DNA of 64,000 bases from Deinococcales bacterium (GTDB lineage: Bacteria; Deinococcota; Deinococci; Deinococcales; JAAFIG01): contig JANNVX010000088.1 of the NCBI GenBank assembly GCA_031414595.1, forward strand, positions 29,787 to 93,786, given 5' to 3'. Both the position numbers and the translations under genes were made by a program. This document shows, in pieces, positions 53,884-63,138 of the stretch (positions are counted from its first letter, which is position 1; every line of letters begins with the position of its first letter). Below the pieces are notes generated by a model. The model saw nothing but the letters and a program-made list of their open reading frames with translations, had not been told where the DNA came from and made no database searches.

Positions 53884-55415
53884 GGCTGTACGCTCAGATG
53901 CTGTTGTTGTTGCGTCACGAATGGCGTTTAGTGCTTCGCAGTTCACCCAATACCCGTTGGCTGTGGTGGCTTGGTTTGGTTATTTTGGCGGTCACGGTGG
54001 TCGGCGGATTTATATTTAGACAAGCGACTTTGAATCTGCCTACCATTCCAGATGTGTTACCAACCGGTGTTCTTATTTTTTTTAGTTTAGGTTTAATCTT
54101 TATTTTTAGCATCATGGTTTCAACCGCGATTCATTCTGCGGTGCAAATGCTGTTTGAACGCACCGATATGGATTTACTGCTCTCGAGTCCTTTGGATACC
54201 CGTTTGGTACTGGCTTCGAGGGGTATTTGGTTAGCCATCACTTGTTTTTTTACCGTTGCCATTTTTATGATTCCACTCACTTTAGCCGCAATGATTTTTG
54301 TGGATTTGCGGCTCTTCGGAGCGATTCCAGCCCTGATTGCTTTGGCATTTTTGGCAGCAGGACTTGGTTTAATCACTACCCTTGGTTTGGTGCGTTTAAT
54401 TGGGGCAAAACGCACTCGGACAGTGGCACAAGTTATTGGGGCGCTGTTTGGTGCTTCTATTTATCTGTTGACCCAGTTCTCGAGATTTATTAACTTGGAG
54501 AATTTTCCTTGGCTGAGCAGTATTTTTATGCAGGTCAGCCGACTCGAGGGCAGCAATCCGCTTTTTATTCCCGCCCGAGCCATCTGGTTAAACCCGTTAA
54601 GCACGGTTATTTTATTGGCTTTTGGGTTAATTTTCTTTTTTGGCAGTGTGCAACTCACACATCGCGCTTTTTTGCGTGGTGCAACCGCCAGTATTTTGGG
54701 CGGTAAAATCAAACCGCCAAGTAAAATCACGGCTTTTGCCAGTAGCTTAGAACTCAATGTGTTTCGTAAAGAATGGCGTTTGGTACTGCGTGACCCAATG
54801 CTGATTTCGCAAACCCTGCTGCAATTTATTTACCTGATTCCAATGTTTCTGGCGTTTTTTGGTGGCTCGAGCCGTTCTAGTCCTTCGGGTTTTAACTTAC
54901 AAGCCATTGGTACATATCCTTTATTGGTGGTTGCAGCAATTCTGGCGGGTGGTTCACTCGCCCAAAGCATCACCCAGATTATGGTGGCTGCCGAAGATGC
55001 CGCCGAACTGATTCGCATGTCACCGAACGCAGGAAACCGCATTCGTAACGCTAAGTTATTGGCAGCACTACTGCCAATTTGGGGATTATTTATTCCGCTT
55101 ATTATCTGGCGTGGTCTGCTCGATCCAAAGCACTTTTTTATTCTGCTTGGTTTTGCTGCCGTGACCATTTTTGGTGGCTTGATGATTCTTTGGACAGCCA
55201 AACCGTTTGTGCGTTCCGATTTTAAGCAACATGCTCGGAAGCAACACTGGCTGGTTGGGCTTGCCTTATTCTTTTTGAGTGTCGCGTGGAGCGCCGCTTT
55301 GTTACTGCCCTTATGGTTGCCATTTTGGTGGAGCATACCCGCCGTTATTTTTGGGCTTGGTATCCCCGCCATGACCTACTGGTTGACCAAAGGTAACTCG
55401 AGCTTGGGTTATTAA
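53880..55415 (+). CDS. multi-pass ABC exporter permease (ABC-2/putative-exporter type)
   Basis: 511 aa with 10 or more hydrophobic helices. ATGA-coupled to the ATPase gene. Confidence 0.65.
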   Translation: MRLYAQMLLLLRHEWRLVLRSSPNTRWLWWLGLVILAVTVVGGFIFRQATLNLPTIPDVLPTGVLIFFSLGLIFIFSIMVSTAIHSAVQMLFERTDMDLLLSSPLDTRLVLASRGIWLAITCFFTVAIFMIPLTLAAMIFVDLRLFGAIPALIALAFLAAGLGLITTLGLVRLIGAKRTRTVAQVIGALFGASIYLLTQFSRFINLENFPWLSSIFMQVSRLEGSNPLFIPARAIWLNPLSTVILLAFGLIFFFGSVQLTHRAFLRGATASILGGKIKPPSKITAFASSLELNVFRKEWRLVLRDPMLISQTLLQFIYLIPMFLAFFGGSSRSSPSGFNLQAIGTYPLLVVAAILAGGSLAQSITQIMVAAEDAAELIRMSPNAGNRIRNAKLLAALLPIWGLFIPLIIWRGLLDPKHFFILLGFAAVTIFGGLMILWTAKPFVRSDFKQHARKQHWLVGLALFFLSVAWSAALLLPLWLPFWWSIPAVIFGLGIPAMTYWLTKGNSSLGY

Positions 55416-55428
55416 ACATGCCATGGAT

Positions 55429-56301
55429 TTAGGCAGACCTTAAAAACTTGATGAAGGCTTCAACTACCACCGATTTTAGTTTGGGCTGTACTGCCACGAT
55501 AATTTTTCTTTCTAATTGCTCGGGCAGTAATCGCACTGCCACACCATCTGGCAAAGGCAAGGTTGCCAAACGAGCCAGAATACTGACTCCAAAACCATGC
55601 GCCACCATGCTTAAAATCACGCTGTCATCTTCGACTTGAGCGGCTGGAATTAAGGTTTTTTGATGCCGTGCAAAGTAATCTCGTAGGGTTGGAGCGCCTG
55701 CTTCGTTACAGAGCAAGAACGGTTGCTCGAGAATTTCTTGCCAAGTGGCAGTTTCTTGTTTTGGTGCATTGGTGTTTGAAAACAAAGCCACCCATTCGTC
55801 CTTAAAAAATTCAAAATGTTCCAAGTCAGAAGTCAGTGGGGCAGCCAAAAAACCAAGGTCGGCTCGGGCGGTTCGCACGGCATTTTCTACGCCATTTGCT
55901 ATACCTTCGCCACTTTGAATTTCAAATTGAACTTGCGGATATTTGACCCGAAAAGCCTGTATAAAATCGGGCAGCACATGGGTGGCGACACTTCGCAGAC
56001 AAGCAATCCGAATTAAACCTTTTAACTGCCCTTGACTGGCAGCCAGTACCTCGAGCATCGCGGCTTCGGCTCTGAGCATGATTCTGGCTTGCAGTGCAAT
56101 TTGCTCGCCCAGCACGGTTGCCCTCGCGCCAAAACGCCCACGCTCGAGTAATCGCGCTCCTAGATTGCGCTCGAGTTCGGACAAGGCATGACTGACCGCA
56201 CTTTGTGACATCTCGAGGTCGGCAGCAGCATTGGTTAAGTGACCAAGCTCAACGGCAGCTAAAAATACCCGCAGTTGCGATAAGGTGACTCGAGAATTCA
56301 T
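55429..56301 (-). CDS. LysR family transcriptional regulator
   Basis: N-terminal LSQLRVFLAAVELGHLTNAAADLEMSQSAVSHALSELE HTH. 290 aa. Confidence 0.9.
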   Translation of the reverse strand: MNSRVTLSQLRVFLAAVELGHLTNAAADLEMSQSAVSHALSELERNLGARLLERGRFGARATVLGEQIALQARIMLRAEAAMLEVLAASQGQLKGLIRIACLRSVATHVLPDFIQAFRVKYPQVQFEIQSGEGIANGVENAVRTARADLGFLAAPLTSDLEHFEFFKDEWVALFSNTNAPKQETATWQEILEQPFLLCNEAGAPTLRDYFARHQKTLIPAAQVEDDSVILSMVAHGFGVSILARLATLPLPDGVAVRLLPEQLERKIIVAVQPKLKSVVVEAFIKFLRSA

Positions 56302-56309
56302 GATTTATC

Positions 56310-56319
56310 ATAACGTTAT
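56310..56319. promoter_or_regulatory. ATAACGTTAT palindrome in the 33-bp divergent spacer (LysR-box candidate)
   Basis: Perfect 10-bp palindrome between the lysR start (56301) and the DUF1287 gene start (56335). Confidence 0.4.
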
Positions 56320-56334
56320 GCCAAGATTCTTAGC

Positions 56335-56913
56335 ATGAAACAATTTCTGGCAATTCTGCTTTTGGGTTCGGTGGTCTTGGCGCAAACTTCACTTTCGCCT
56401 CGAGTCGAAAAAGTTGTGGCGGCAGCCAATGCCCAAATTGGTGTGACCCTAAGTTATGACCCCGCTTATACTGCCCTCAAATACCCAATGGGAGATGTTC
56501 CGCTCGAGCGCGGCGTTTGCACCGATGTAATTATCAGAGCATTTCGAGCCGTCGGTACAGATTTACAGCCATTGGTGCATCGGGATATGTTACGCGCTTG
56601 GTCTGCCTACCCGAAACTCTGGGGTTTAACCCGCCCAGACCGCAATATAGACCACCGCCGCGTGCCAAATCTCGAGGTTTTTATGCAGCGCCAAGGCAAA
56701 CAAATAAAGTTATCCAACAACGGCTTAGAGTACAAGGCTGGCGATGTCGTGACGTGGACACTCCCCAGTGGGCGTTTACACATTGGGCTGGTCAGTAAGC
56801 AACTCGATGCCACTAAACAAAGACCACTGATTGTGCATAACATTGGTTTTGGGGCGCAACTCGAGGATATACTTTTTGCTTGGAAATTACGAATGCGGTT
56901 TCGTTATTTCTAA
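56335..56913 (+). CDS. DUF1287 domain protein
   Basis: Signal peptide. GVTLSYDPAYTALKYPMGDVPLERGVCTDVIIRAFR is the characteristic DUF1287 N-terminal block. Confidence 0.75.
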   Translation: MKQFLAILLLGSVVLAQTSLSPRVEKVVAAANAQIGVTLSYDPAYTALKYPMGDVPLERGVCTDVIIRAFRAVGTDLQPLVHRDMLRAWSAYPKLWGLTRPDRNIDHRRVPNLEVFMQRQGKQIKLSNNGLEYKAGDVVTWTLPSGRLHIGLVSKQLDATKQRPLIVHNIGFGAQLEDILFAWKLRMRFRYF

Positions 56914-57005
56914 CGAACAATTCCGCCGCGTCTCGAGGAAAATAGTTTTATACCGACTACTGTAATTGGGCAGCCTGATTTGATTGCCACACGGGTGTGT
57001 GAGGC

Positions 57006-57740
57006 TTAGTAATAGCCTCTAGCCAGAAACTCGAGGATGGTGGTGCTGGTCACATCCACAGGTCGTCCAACCAAAGTGTAAATGTCTGAGAATGAACCGC
57101 GATACTGTAAGGCAGAATTTTCCCAGTTCTGCACATAATTATTTTTTAATTCTAGCGGTAAGTTCTTGATTGTTTCGGCATCTACATTTTTAGTAGCACC
57201 CAAGGATTTTTGTTTGACTTCCGCCTCGAGACTGCCGAGGGCTTTGGCATGACGCGCTTTGAGGCTGTTCGAGGTGATTGCCCCAGATTTAGACAACGCC
57301 AAGCCAATAATTTGTCCAAGGTGACGCTCTAAGTAGGGTTCAAAAAAATCTTGTTTTTCTTGTATTACACTGCCCGCCTGATTGGTACTACTCGAGTAAC
57401 CACCATTGATTAAGGAAAAAGTAAATTGGGCATCAAAAAAAGTTGTTTCAAATATCCTTAAACTGGTCATTCGCGCCCTAAGTTGAGGGTTGTTTTTTAG
57501 CTTGGTGTCGTTAGCAGTTTGCTGACATTTTGTCCAAATGGCGATAATTTCGGATTCTGGTCGAATATCACTGCGGTAAATGTTTCTTTGGATATACAGC
57601 AACACAAATGCCTTTGGCTCGAGTTTGAGGATGTCCGAACATTTGGGCAGCCAGCCCTGAGCAAAAATTTGCGCCGAAAAAAACAAACTGGTCATTAACA
57701 ACAATCCAAGCCATTTTTTGGCAGTCATCAATTTTTTCAT
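57006..57740 (-). CDS. hypothetical secreted protein
   Basis: 244 aa with an N-terminal signal peptide (MKKLMTAKKWLGLLLMTSLFFSAQIFA). No motif recognised. Confidence 0.4.
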   Translation of the reverse strand: MKKLMTAKKWLGLLLMTSLFFSAQIFAQGWLPKCSDILKLEPKAFVLLYIQRNIYRSDIRPESEIIAIWTKCQQTANDTKLKNNPQLRARMTSLRIFETTFFDAQFTFSLINGGYSSSTNQAGSVIQEKQDFFEPYLERHLGQIIGLALSKSGAITSNSLKARHAKALGSLEAEVKQKSLGATKNVDAETIKNLPLELKNNYVQNWENSALQYRGSFSDIYTLVGRPVDVTSTTILEFLARGYY

Positions 57741-57844
57741 AGCTCATCATACACAAGAAAATCAGAATAACTCGAGAAGAACACTAAAAATAAAGTGATA
57801 AGCTGCTGCTGGAACGTTTCAAAGGCTGTACTCGTATTAGATTC

Positions 57845-57858
57845 TTGGAGCGCTCCAA
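57845..57858. promoter_or_regulatory. 14-bp perfect palindrome TTGGAGCGCTCCAA just upstream of the NfeD-like gene
   Basis: Ends 15 nt before the ATG at 57874, next to the AAGGGGGA ribosome-binding site. Confidence 0.35.
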
Positions 57859-57873
57859 ACGCAAGGGGGAAAC

Positions 57874-58506
57874 ATGGCTTGGCTCGAGTGGCAAAATTTC
57901 TTGTTCTTAGCGCCGTTATTGGCAGGGGTTGTTTTGGCTATTTTGGTGATTGCAACTGGCAGTATTGGGCATTCGGCGGATGGGCATTCGGACTTTGCCG
58001 ATGGTCATAGTGATACACACGGACATGACACTGGTGAGGCTGATGATGCAACAGGTTTTGATATTCTGGGTTGGTTTGGTATTGGCAAAGGTGTCAGCTT
58101 AAGCCTAATGCTTCCGGTCTTGTTGTGTTCTTTTGGTTTTGTGGGACTGGTTTTTGATGTCTTGCTCGAGCCAATGCTGAGATTACCTGTGATTTATGCG
58201 CCCATCGCGGCGCTAGGAGCGCTTTTTGCCTCGAGTCTTATTGGTAGAGGTTTTGCGAAGGCATTTGTTAAATTTGCTGATGTAAGTCGTAAAACATCCA
58301 TTCGTGATGGTCAGGACTTGGTGGGTTGTAGTGGTACAACCGTTTTTGAAGTTGACTCGAGCCAAGGCGCAGCCAATATAAAGGATTCGTTTGGTAATAT
58401 CCATCGTGTGGTTGTCCGTTCTACTGGCTTAAGTTTTGGAGCAAATGTGGCAGTTCGGGTTGTGGCGCAAGAAAGTGGAATTTATTTAGTGGAGGAGCAA
58501 AAATGA
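57874..58506 (+). CDS. NfeD/YqiJ-like membrane protein with His/Asp-rich loop
   Basis: N-terminal TM, GHSADGHSDFADGHSDTHGHDTGEADD loop, more TM helices, C-terminal beta domain. Coupled to the flotillin gene. Confidence 0.7.
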   Translation: MAWLEWQNFLFLAPLLAGVVLAILVIATGSIGHSADGHSDFADGHSDTHGHDTGEADDATGFDILGWFGIGKGVSLSLMLPVLLCSFGFVGLVFDVLLEPMLRLPVIYAPIAALGALFASSLIGRGFAKAFVKFADVSRKTSIRDGQDLVGCSGTTVFEVDSSQGAANIKDSFGNIHRVVVRSTGLSFGANVAVRVVAQESGIYLVEEQK

Positions 58507-60311
58507 TTAGTTTTGTATTTGCAATTATTGGTGCAGCTTTGGTCGGTTTTGGAGTGATGGGTGCTTCAATCATTACAAAATTTGACCCTAGCACAGGTCT
58601 GATTTCTATTGGTCTAGGTCTGGTTTTCTTATTTCTGGGCTTAATCACTTGGTTGTTTTCTAAGTTCTACATTAAACCCAGTGCTAATCTTGCGTATGTC
58701 ATGACAGGCTGGGGCGGACGTAAAGTGCTGATTGATAAGGGTGGTTTTTTTATTCCAGTCTTGCAAAAAATTGTGGCAGTCAATCTCGAGACGCTTAAAC
58801 TCGAGGTTGAACGAAAAGGCACAGACGCACTGATTACCAAGGATAACTTGCGGGTGGATGTCAAAGCCGAGTTCTACATTAAGGTGCATCCAGAAGAAGA
58901 TGCAGTCATGAACGCCAGCCGTAGTTTGGGTGAAAAAAGTGTCACTGCTCAAGAAGTAGCCCATTTGGTTTTTGAAAAACTGGTTTCGGCGCTTCGTTCG
59001 GTGGCTGCCACTAAAGACCTTGTGGAGATTCACTCACAGCGCAATGCTTTTGCTGGTGGCGTGCAGGATTTGGTTCGGGCTGACCTCGAGCCAAACGGTT
59101 TGAGTTTAGAAAGCGTGACAATTTCTAAACTCGACCAGACCAATCAGGATTTATTGTCTGACACCAATATTTTTGATGCCCAAGGCAAGCGTAAAATCAC
59201 CGAAATCACCCAAGCAGCCTTGGTCGAACGCAACCGCATCGAACAAGATTCGCGCCAGCAATTAACCAAGAAAAACGTCGAAATTTCGATGGAAGTGCTG
59301 GCTTTAGAACGTTCTAAAGCCGAAGCCGAAGCTGGACAACGCACCGAAGTCGCAAAAGTTCAAGCCGAAAAAGCCCGTGAAGCAGAAACGTATCGGCTCG
59401 AGCAAGACAGGCAAATCCAAGAAGCTGAGATTTCTCAACAGCAATCGGTGCAGACAGCCGCGATTGAGCGTGACCGCTTGGTGATTCTCAAAGAACAAGA
59501 ACGTCAAAAAACCGATATTGAACGTGAACAAGTGATTGAAGTGGCACAACGCGAACGTGAAATTGCAGTCATTGATGCTGAACGTCGCCGTGCCGATGCC
59601 GATAAACTATCCTTAGAAGCCCAAGCTGAACGTGAAAAAGCCAGTCAGAGTATTGTCACAGTGTCGCAACTGGCTCAAGCCGAACGCGAAGCCCAAACCA
59701 AGTTGATTGCCGCCAAGCAATCCATCGAACAAGATCGTTTTCAACAACAAACCAATGCCGAGGTACTGGCATTCTCGGAAGTCAAAAAAGCCGAAGCTCA
59801 AAAGCAAAGCGCCGAACTCGATGCCACTGCCACCTTGCGCCGTGCCGAAGCCGACAGCCAAGCCAAAGAACAATTGGCTCGTGGTGACACCGCCATTAAG
59901 CGGGTGGATGTGGATATTGCCCGAGAAACCGTAGAGGTTGAACGCGCCAGAGTCGAAGTCGAACGCCAAGCACTCGAGAACAAGCAAACCTTTAGTGCCG
60001 CCGCGCTCGAGTTTGAATTGCAGAAATTAAAGGTCGAAGCGGCTCGAGATGTGCAAAAACAAATGGCAACCGCGCTTGGGCAAATGCTGTCTAAGGGCAA
60101 CATGAACATTTACGGCGACCCAGAAACGCTTGCCAAAATGAACCAGCAGTTTATGAATGGTATGGGCATTGGCAGCACCATAGATGGGACACTCAACAGC
60201 CTTGGCTTAGACAGCAAAGATGTCCTGCCACAATTGGCGGCGTTGCTGGCTCAACTTGGCGTTGCCATGACCAAACCAGTCGAGAAAACAGCCGATAAAG
60301 ACGAGGTTTAA
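58503..60311 (+). CDS. flotillin-like SPFH/Band-7 protein (YqiK-like)
   Basis: N-terminal membrane hairpin, SPFH core, then a long Ala/Glu/Arg-rich coiled coil (AEAEAGQRTEVAKVQAEKAREAE...). 602 aa. Confidence 0.85.
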   Translation: MISFVFAIIGAALVGFGVMGASIITKFDPSTGLISIGLGLVFLFLGLITWLFSKFYIKPSANLAYVMTGWGGRKVLIDKGGFFIPVLQKIVAVNLETLKLEVERKGTDALITKDNLRVDVKAEFYIKVHPEEDAVMNASRSLGEKSVTAQEVAHLVFEKLVSALRSVAATKDLVEIHSQRNAFAGGVQDLVRADLEPNGLSLESVTISKLDQTNQDLLSDTNIFDAQGKRKITEITQAALVERNRIEQDSRQQLTKKNVEISMEVLALERSKAEAEAGQRTEVAKVQAEKAREAETYRLEQDRQIQEAEISQQQSVQTAAIERDRLVILKEQERQKTDIEREQVIEVAQREREIAVIDAERRRADADKLSLEAQAEREKASQSIVTVSQLAQAEREAQTKLIAAKQSIEQDRFQQQTNAEVLAFSEVKKAEAQKQSAELDATATLRRAEADSQAKEQLARGDTAIKRVDVDIARETVEVERARVEVERQALENKQTFSAAALEFELQKLKVEAARDVQKQMATALGQMLSKGNMNIYGDPETLAKMNQQFMNGMGIGSTIDGTLNSLGLDSKDVLPQLAALLAQLGVAMTKPVEKTADKDEV

Positions 60312-60324
60312 GCCTCATAAAGCT

Positions 60325-60349
60325 AAATAGGGGCGCTATGCCCCTATTT
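60325..60349 (+). terminator. rho-independent terminator
   Basis: AAATAGGGGC-gctat-GCCCCTATTT followed by GGCTTTT. Confidence 0.7.
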
Positions 60350-60416
60350 GGCTTTTATAATACTTCTTGGCTTTCCCCTCACCAGACTCTCGAGAAGACC
60401 TGCTGTAATACAACCT

Positions 60417-61055
60417 ATGAAACGATTCTTTTTGTTGTTTGTCTCGAGTCTTGGTTTTGCCCTTGCCGCCCAAGCTGGTTTCGTGGCTCAGCCTTATGGC
60501 GACCAAATTGTGGCAGACGATGGCAGTGTGACCTTACCACAGGGCGGCTTAATCAAGGACAATAAACACGGTATTTCAATAGATGCCAAATACATCGAGT
60601 ACAAAGACAATGTGTATTTACGCGCCAGAACCGCTAAACTCAAGAATGCCTCAGGGCAGACCTTATTTAGTCCAAATATCGATTATGTGATTGCGGCTGA
60701 CCGCATGGATATTGCTGGGGCTTTGACCTATTCCGATGAGAACGTGACTGGCTTAAATGCGGCTCGAGCCGTGGCGTACCCAGATGCCAAACGGATTGTG
60801 GCTTGGAATATCTCGGCGGGTAATCCGAGTATTAAAGCCGATGCTGCCGTCTTTGATGACAGTAACAATCAGGTTTTTTTGTATGGCAATTATTTCTATA
60901 AATCAACCGATGGTAAAACCAGTAAGCAACGCAGTGGGGCAACCGCCATGCTCCTTGTTAATTTTAGCAACCAGAATCGGATCACCTACCAAGAAGGTAC
61001 TCAGATTCCAGTTACCATTGCCAAGTTCTACACAGATTTAATTGCTAAAAAATAA
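60417..61055 (+). CDS. secreted protein, OstA/LptA-like beta-jellyroll (tentative)
   Basis: Signal peptide MKRFFLLFVSSLGFALAAQA. Repeated strand patterns (ISIDAKYIEYKDNVYL, IKADAAVFDDSNNQVFLYGN) are reminiscent of OstA-like domains. Confidence 0.4.
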   Translation: MKRFFLLFVSSLGFALAAQAGFVAQPYGDQIVADDGSVTLPQGGLIKDNKHGISIDAKYIEYKDNVYLRARTAKLKNASGQTLFSPNIDYVIAADRMDIAGALTYSDENVTGLNAARAVAYPDAKRIVAWNISAGNPSIKADAAVFDDSNNQVFLYGNYFYKSTDGKTSKQRSGATAMLLVNFSNQNRITYQEGTQIPVTIAKFYTDLIAKK

Positions 61056-61109
61056 ATAATTCATCTTTGCTGTGCCATAATGCGCTCGAGTTTTTTTGGA
61101 GGTTCGTGA

Positions 61110-62957
61110 ATGCGAAAATTATGGCTAGTTTTATTGTTACTTTTAACACCTGTTGCTTATGCGGCTAAATGCAGCGAAGAAGATGTCAGCATCACCACCG
61201 TTGAAGGCATTGGTACGGTCTATTCCTCGAGTGATTCTTCTAATGAACTCGAGGTGCGGTTTATAGATGCCTGTTTTGAACGCAGTGGTTGGACGCTTCG
61301 AGCGCCGCTTTTGGTTGTCCGTGAAGACCCAGCCGGAGCGCTGGTCAGTGCCGACAACGCCAAAATCGAATCTGAAGGGGCAAATGGCACGGTCAAACGC
61401 TTAACTGCTCGAGGTGAAACCACCAACTTAGAGGGTTTAAGGTTGCGGCTCGAGCAGTCCTATAAAATAGATGGCTTTGCCAGTTCTCGCTACGATGTGG
61501 TGGCAGAACGTGGGCAATTGGTCGGTAAACGCCTAACCTTACAAAACGCGGTTTTTAATAAATTATCAGATGCCGATTTAACCACCGAGCGTTACCAAGC
61601 TGCCAGTGCAGTTTTAGAAGACAACCGTGCCACCTTAAATAAATTAATATTTGGCAGTCCTCAATTTGGTTTATCGGCGCAACTTGGCTCGAGTAATGCA
61701 AACGGGGTGCAACTCAGTGGCGTAAATGGCTTGGTTGGACGCAATAGCGCGGGTTCTGAAATTGGCTTTAGTGCTGACAGTGCCTTAAGGCTCGAGAATG
61801 GGGTTTACCGTCTCGAGAATACAACCCTGAATTTGTTTGGTTTGCCGCTTTTTATTGGGCGGATGGATTACGACCCGCGTTGCCCGTTTGAAGTGCCTTT
61901 TGTATTTGGCATTGCTAGGGGTTTAACCTTTGGCTTAGAAAATCTGCTTTTAACTTGTGATGGCAAAACCCGTGGCACTTTTGCGGTTTATGATTTATTT
62001 GGCAAAGCCAGCACTGCACCCTTTAATAGTGTCACGGCGCTTGGCTTGTCGGTAACGTACACAGATGGTACAAGTTCATACTTTATTGGACAACCTCGAG
62101 CCGCTTCTTTTCGCGCAACTGTACAACACGAGCCTTTAACTGGCTTAACCAGTGCCTTTTCGCTGGATACTGGCGCAAGAATCGAATCGCCATTGGTCAG
62201 TCTTCGCAGTGCCGAAGGACGAATTGGCATGGCATATAATTTTAATCTTCAACCTTTCACCATCCGCCCAAAACTCGAGCTTGGTATAGTCGGCGAAAGC
62301 CTAGGCTTGGTAACTCGAGACTTTCATGGCTTTGTGCGCGGTAATCTAAGCATTAACTTGGCGTATAACCTGGCGGGTTTTACCTTTTCGGGGGCTTGGG
62401 CTGGACGTTTGACCAATTACTTTGGTGACACTTGGAACGGCTTTAATGTTGACTACACCAGCACTTTGGGCATCAGTTATAACTTGCCAAGTCTTGGTAG
62501 TGCTGGTTTAACCTTTACCAACACCGAGCAACCGATCATTCCACCTTTTGCCAGCCATACCTTGACCCCAATCACCACAATGGGGGCAAACCTAAGAATT
62601 GCGCCAGTCATTCAACCGATTGTTTTGGGTTACGCAGGAATTGCTTTTGAAAATCCAACCTTCAATTTTACTTGGCTGTACAACTTACGTCGTTGGACAT
62701 GGGTCAATCAAAGGGTGGATATTGGGTTTACAGTCTCGTTTTATGATGGTTCAACCCCAACCGATCATCTTGGTAATCTGTTCCAAACCCCACTGCTCAG
62801 TCTTTCCCCACGTATCAACCTTGACTCAATCACCAACAAAGGCGGGGCTGGCGCAAACCTGACTTATTTTGGTCTAAGTTTAGCCTACACCCTAGGGTTT
62901 GATGTTGAAATTCCGACAGGTGCGTTTAAGTTTAATTTTGGTTTGCGTTTGCGGTAA
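61110..62957 (+). CDS. outer-membrane beta-barrel protein, LptD-like (tentative)
   Basis: Signal peptide, OstA-like N-terminal region, long alternating beta-strand C-terminal part ending FKFNFGLRLR. Confidence 0.45.
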   Translation: MRKLWLVLLLLLTPVAYAAKCSEEDVSITTVEGIGTVYSSSDSSNELEVRFIDACFERSGWTLRAPLLVVREDPAGALVSADNAKIESEGANGTVKRLTARGETTNLEGLRLRLEQSYKIDGFASSRYDVVAERGQLVGKRLTLQNAVFNKLSDADLTTERYQAASAVLEDNRATLNKLIFGSPQFGLSAQLGSSNANGVQLSGVNGLVGRNSAGSEIGFSADSALRLENGVYRLENTTLNLFGLPLFIGRMDYDPRCPFEVPFVFGIARGLTFGLENLLLTCDGKTRGTFAVYDLFGKASTAPFNSVTALGLSVTYTDGTSSYFIGQPRAASFRATVQHEPLTGLTSAFSLDTGARIESPLVSLRSAEGRIGMAYNFNLQPFTIRPKLELGIVGESLGLVTRDFHGFVRGNLSINLAYNLAGFTFSGAWAGRLTNYFGDTWNGFNVDYTSTLGISYNLPSLGSAGLTFTNTEQPIIPPFASHTLTPITTMGANLRIAPVIQPIVLGYAGIAFENPTFNFTWLYNLRRWTWVNQRVDIGFTVSFYDGSTPTDHLGNLFQTPLLSLSPRINLDSITNKGGAGANLTYFGLSLAYTLGFDVEIPTGAFKFNFGLRLR

Positions 62958-63105
62958 ATCATACCAAGTTGTGTTAATCAGTCGCGTATTTTGACTGATT
63001 AACCGACTAAAAGGAGTGACAAAAGAACCAAATTAACGCATGAACGACAGTTTGACCGTCTTTCTGGTCAAACGAGAGTGATTAAGTTAATTTGGTATCA
63101 GCTAT

Positions 63106-63138
63106 GGGCTATGAACTTTGAGACTCATAGCCCTTTTT
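63106..63138 (+). terminator. rho-independent terminator
   Basis: GGGCTATGA-actttgagac-TCATAGCCC followed by TTTTT. Confidence 0.6.

Noticed and set aside
63012-63081. 13-codon mini-ORF (MNDSLTVFLVKRE) in the convergent spacer
   Set aside because: The AAGGAG lies about 22 nt upstream of the ATG, which is too far. The ORF coincides with stem sequences, so it is more likely part of a structured RNA or repeat.
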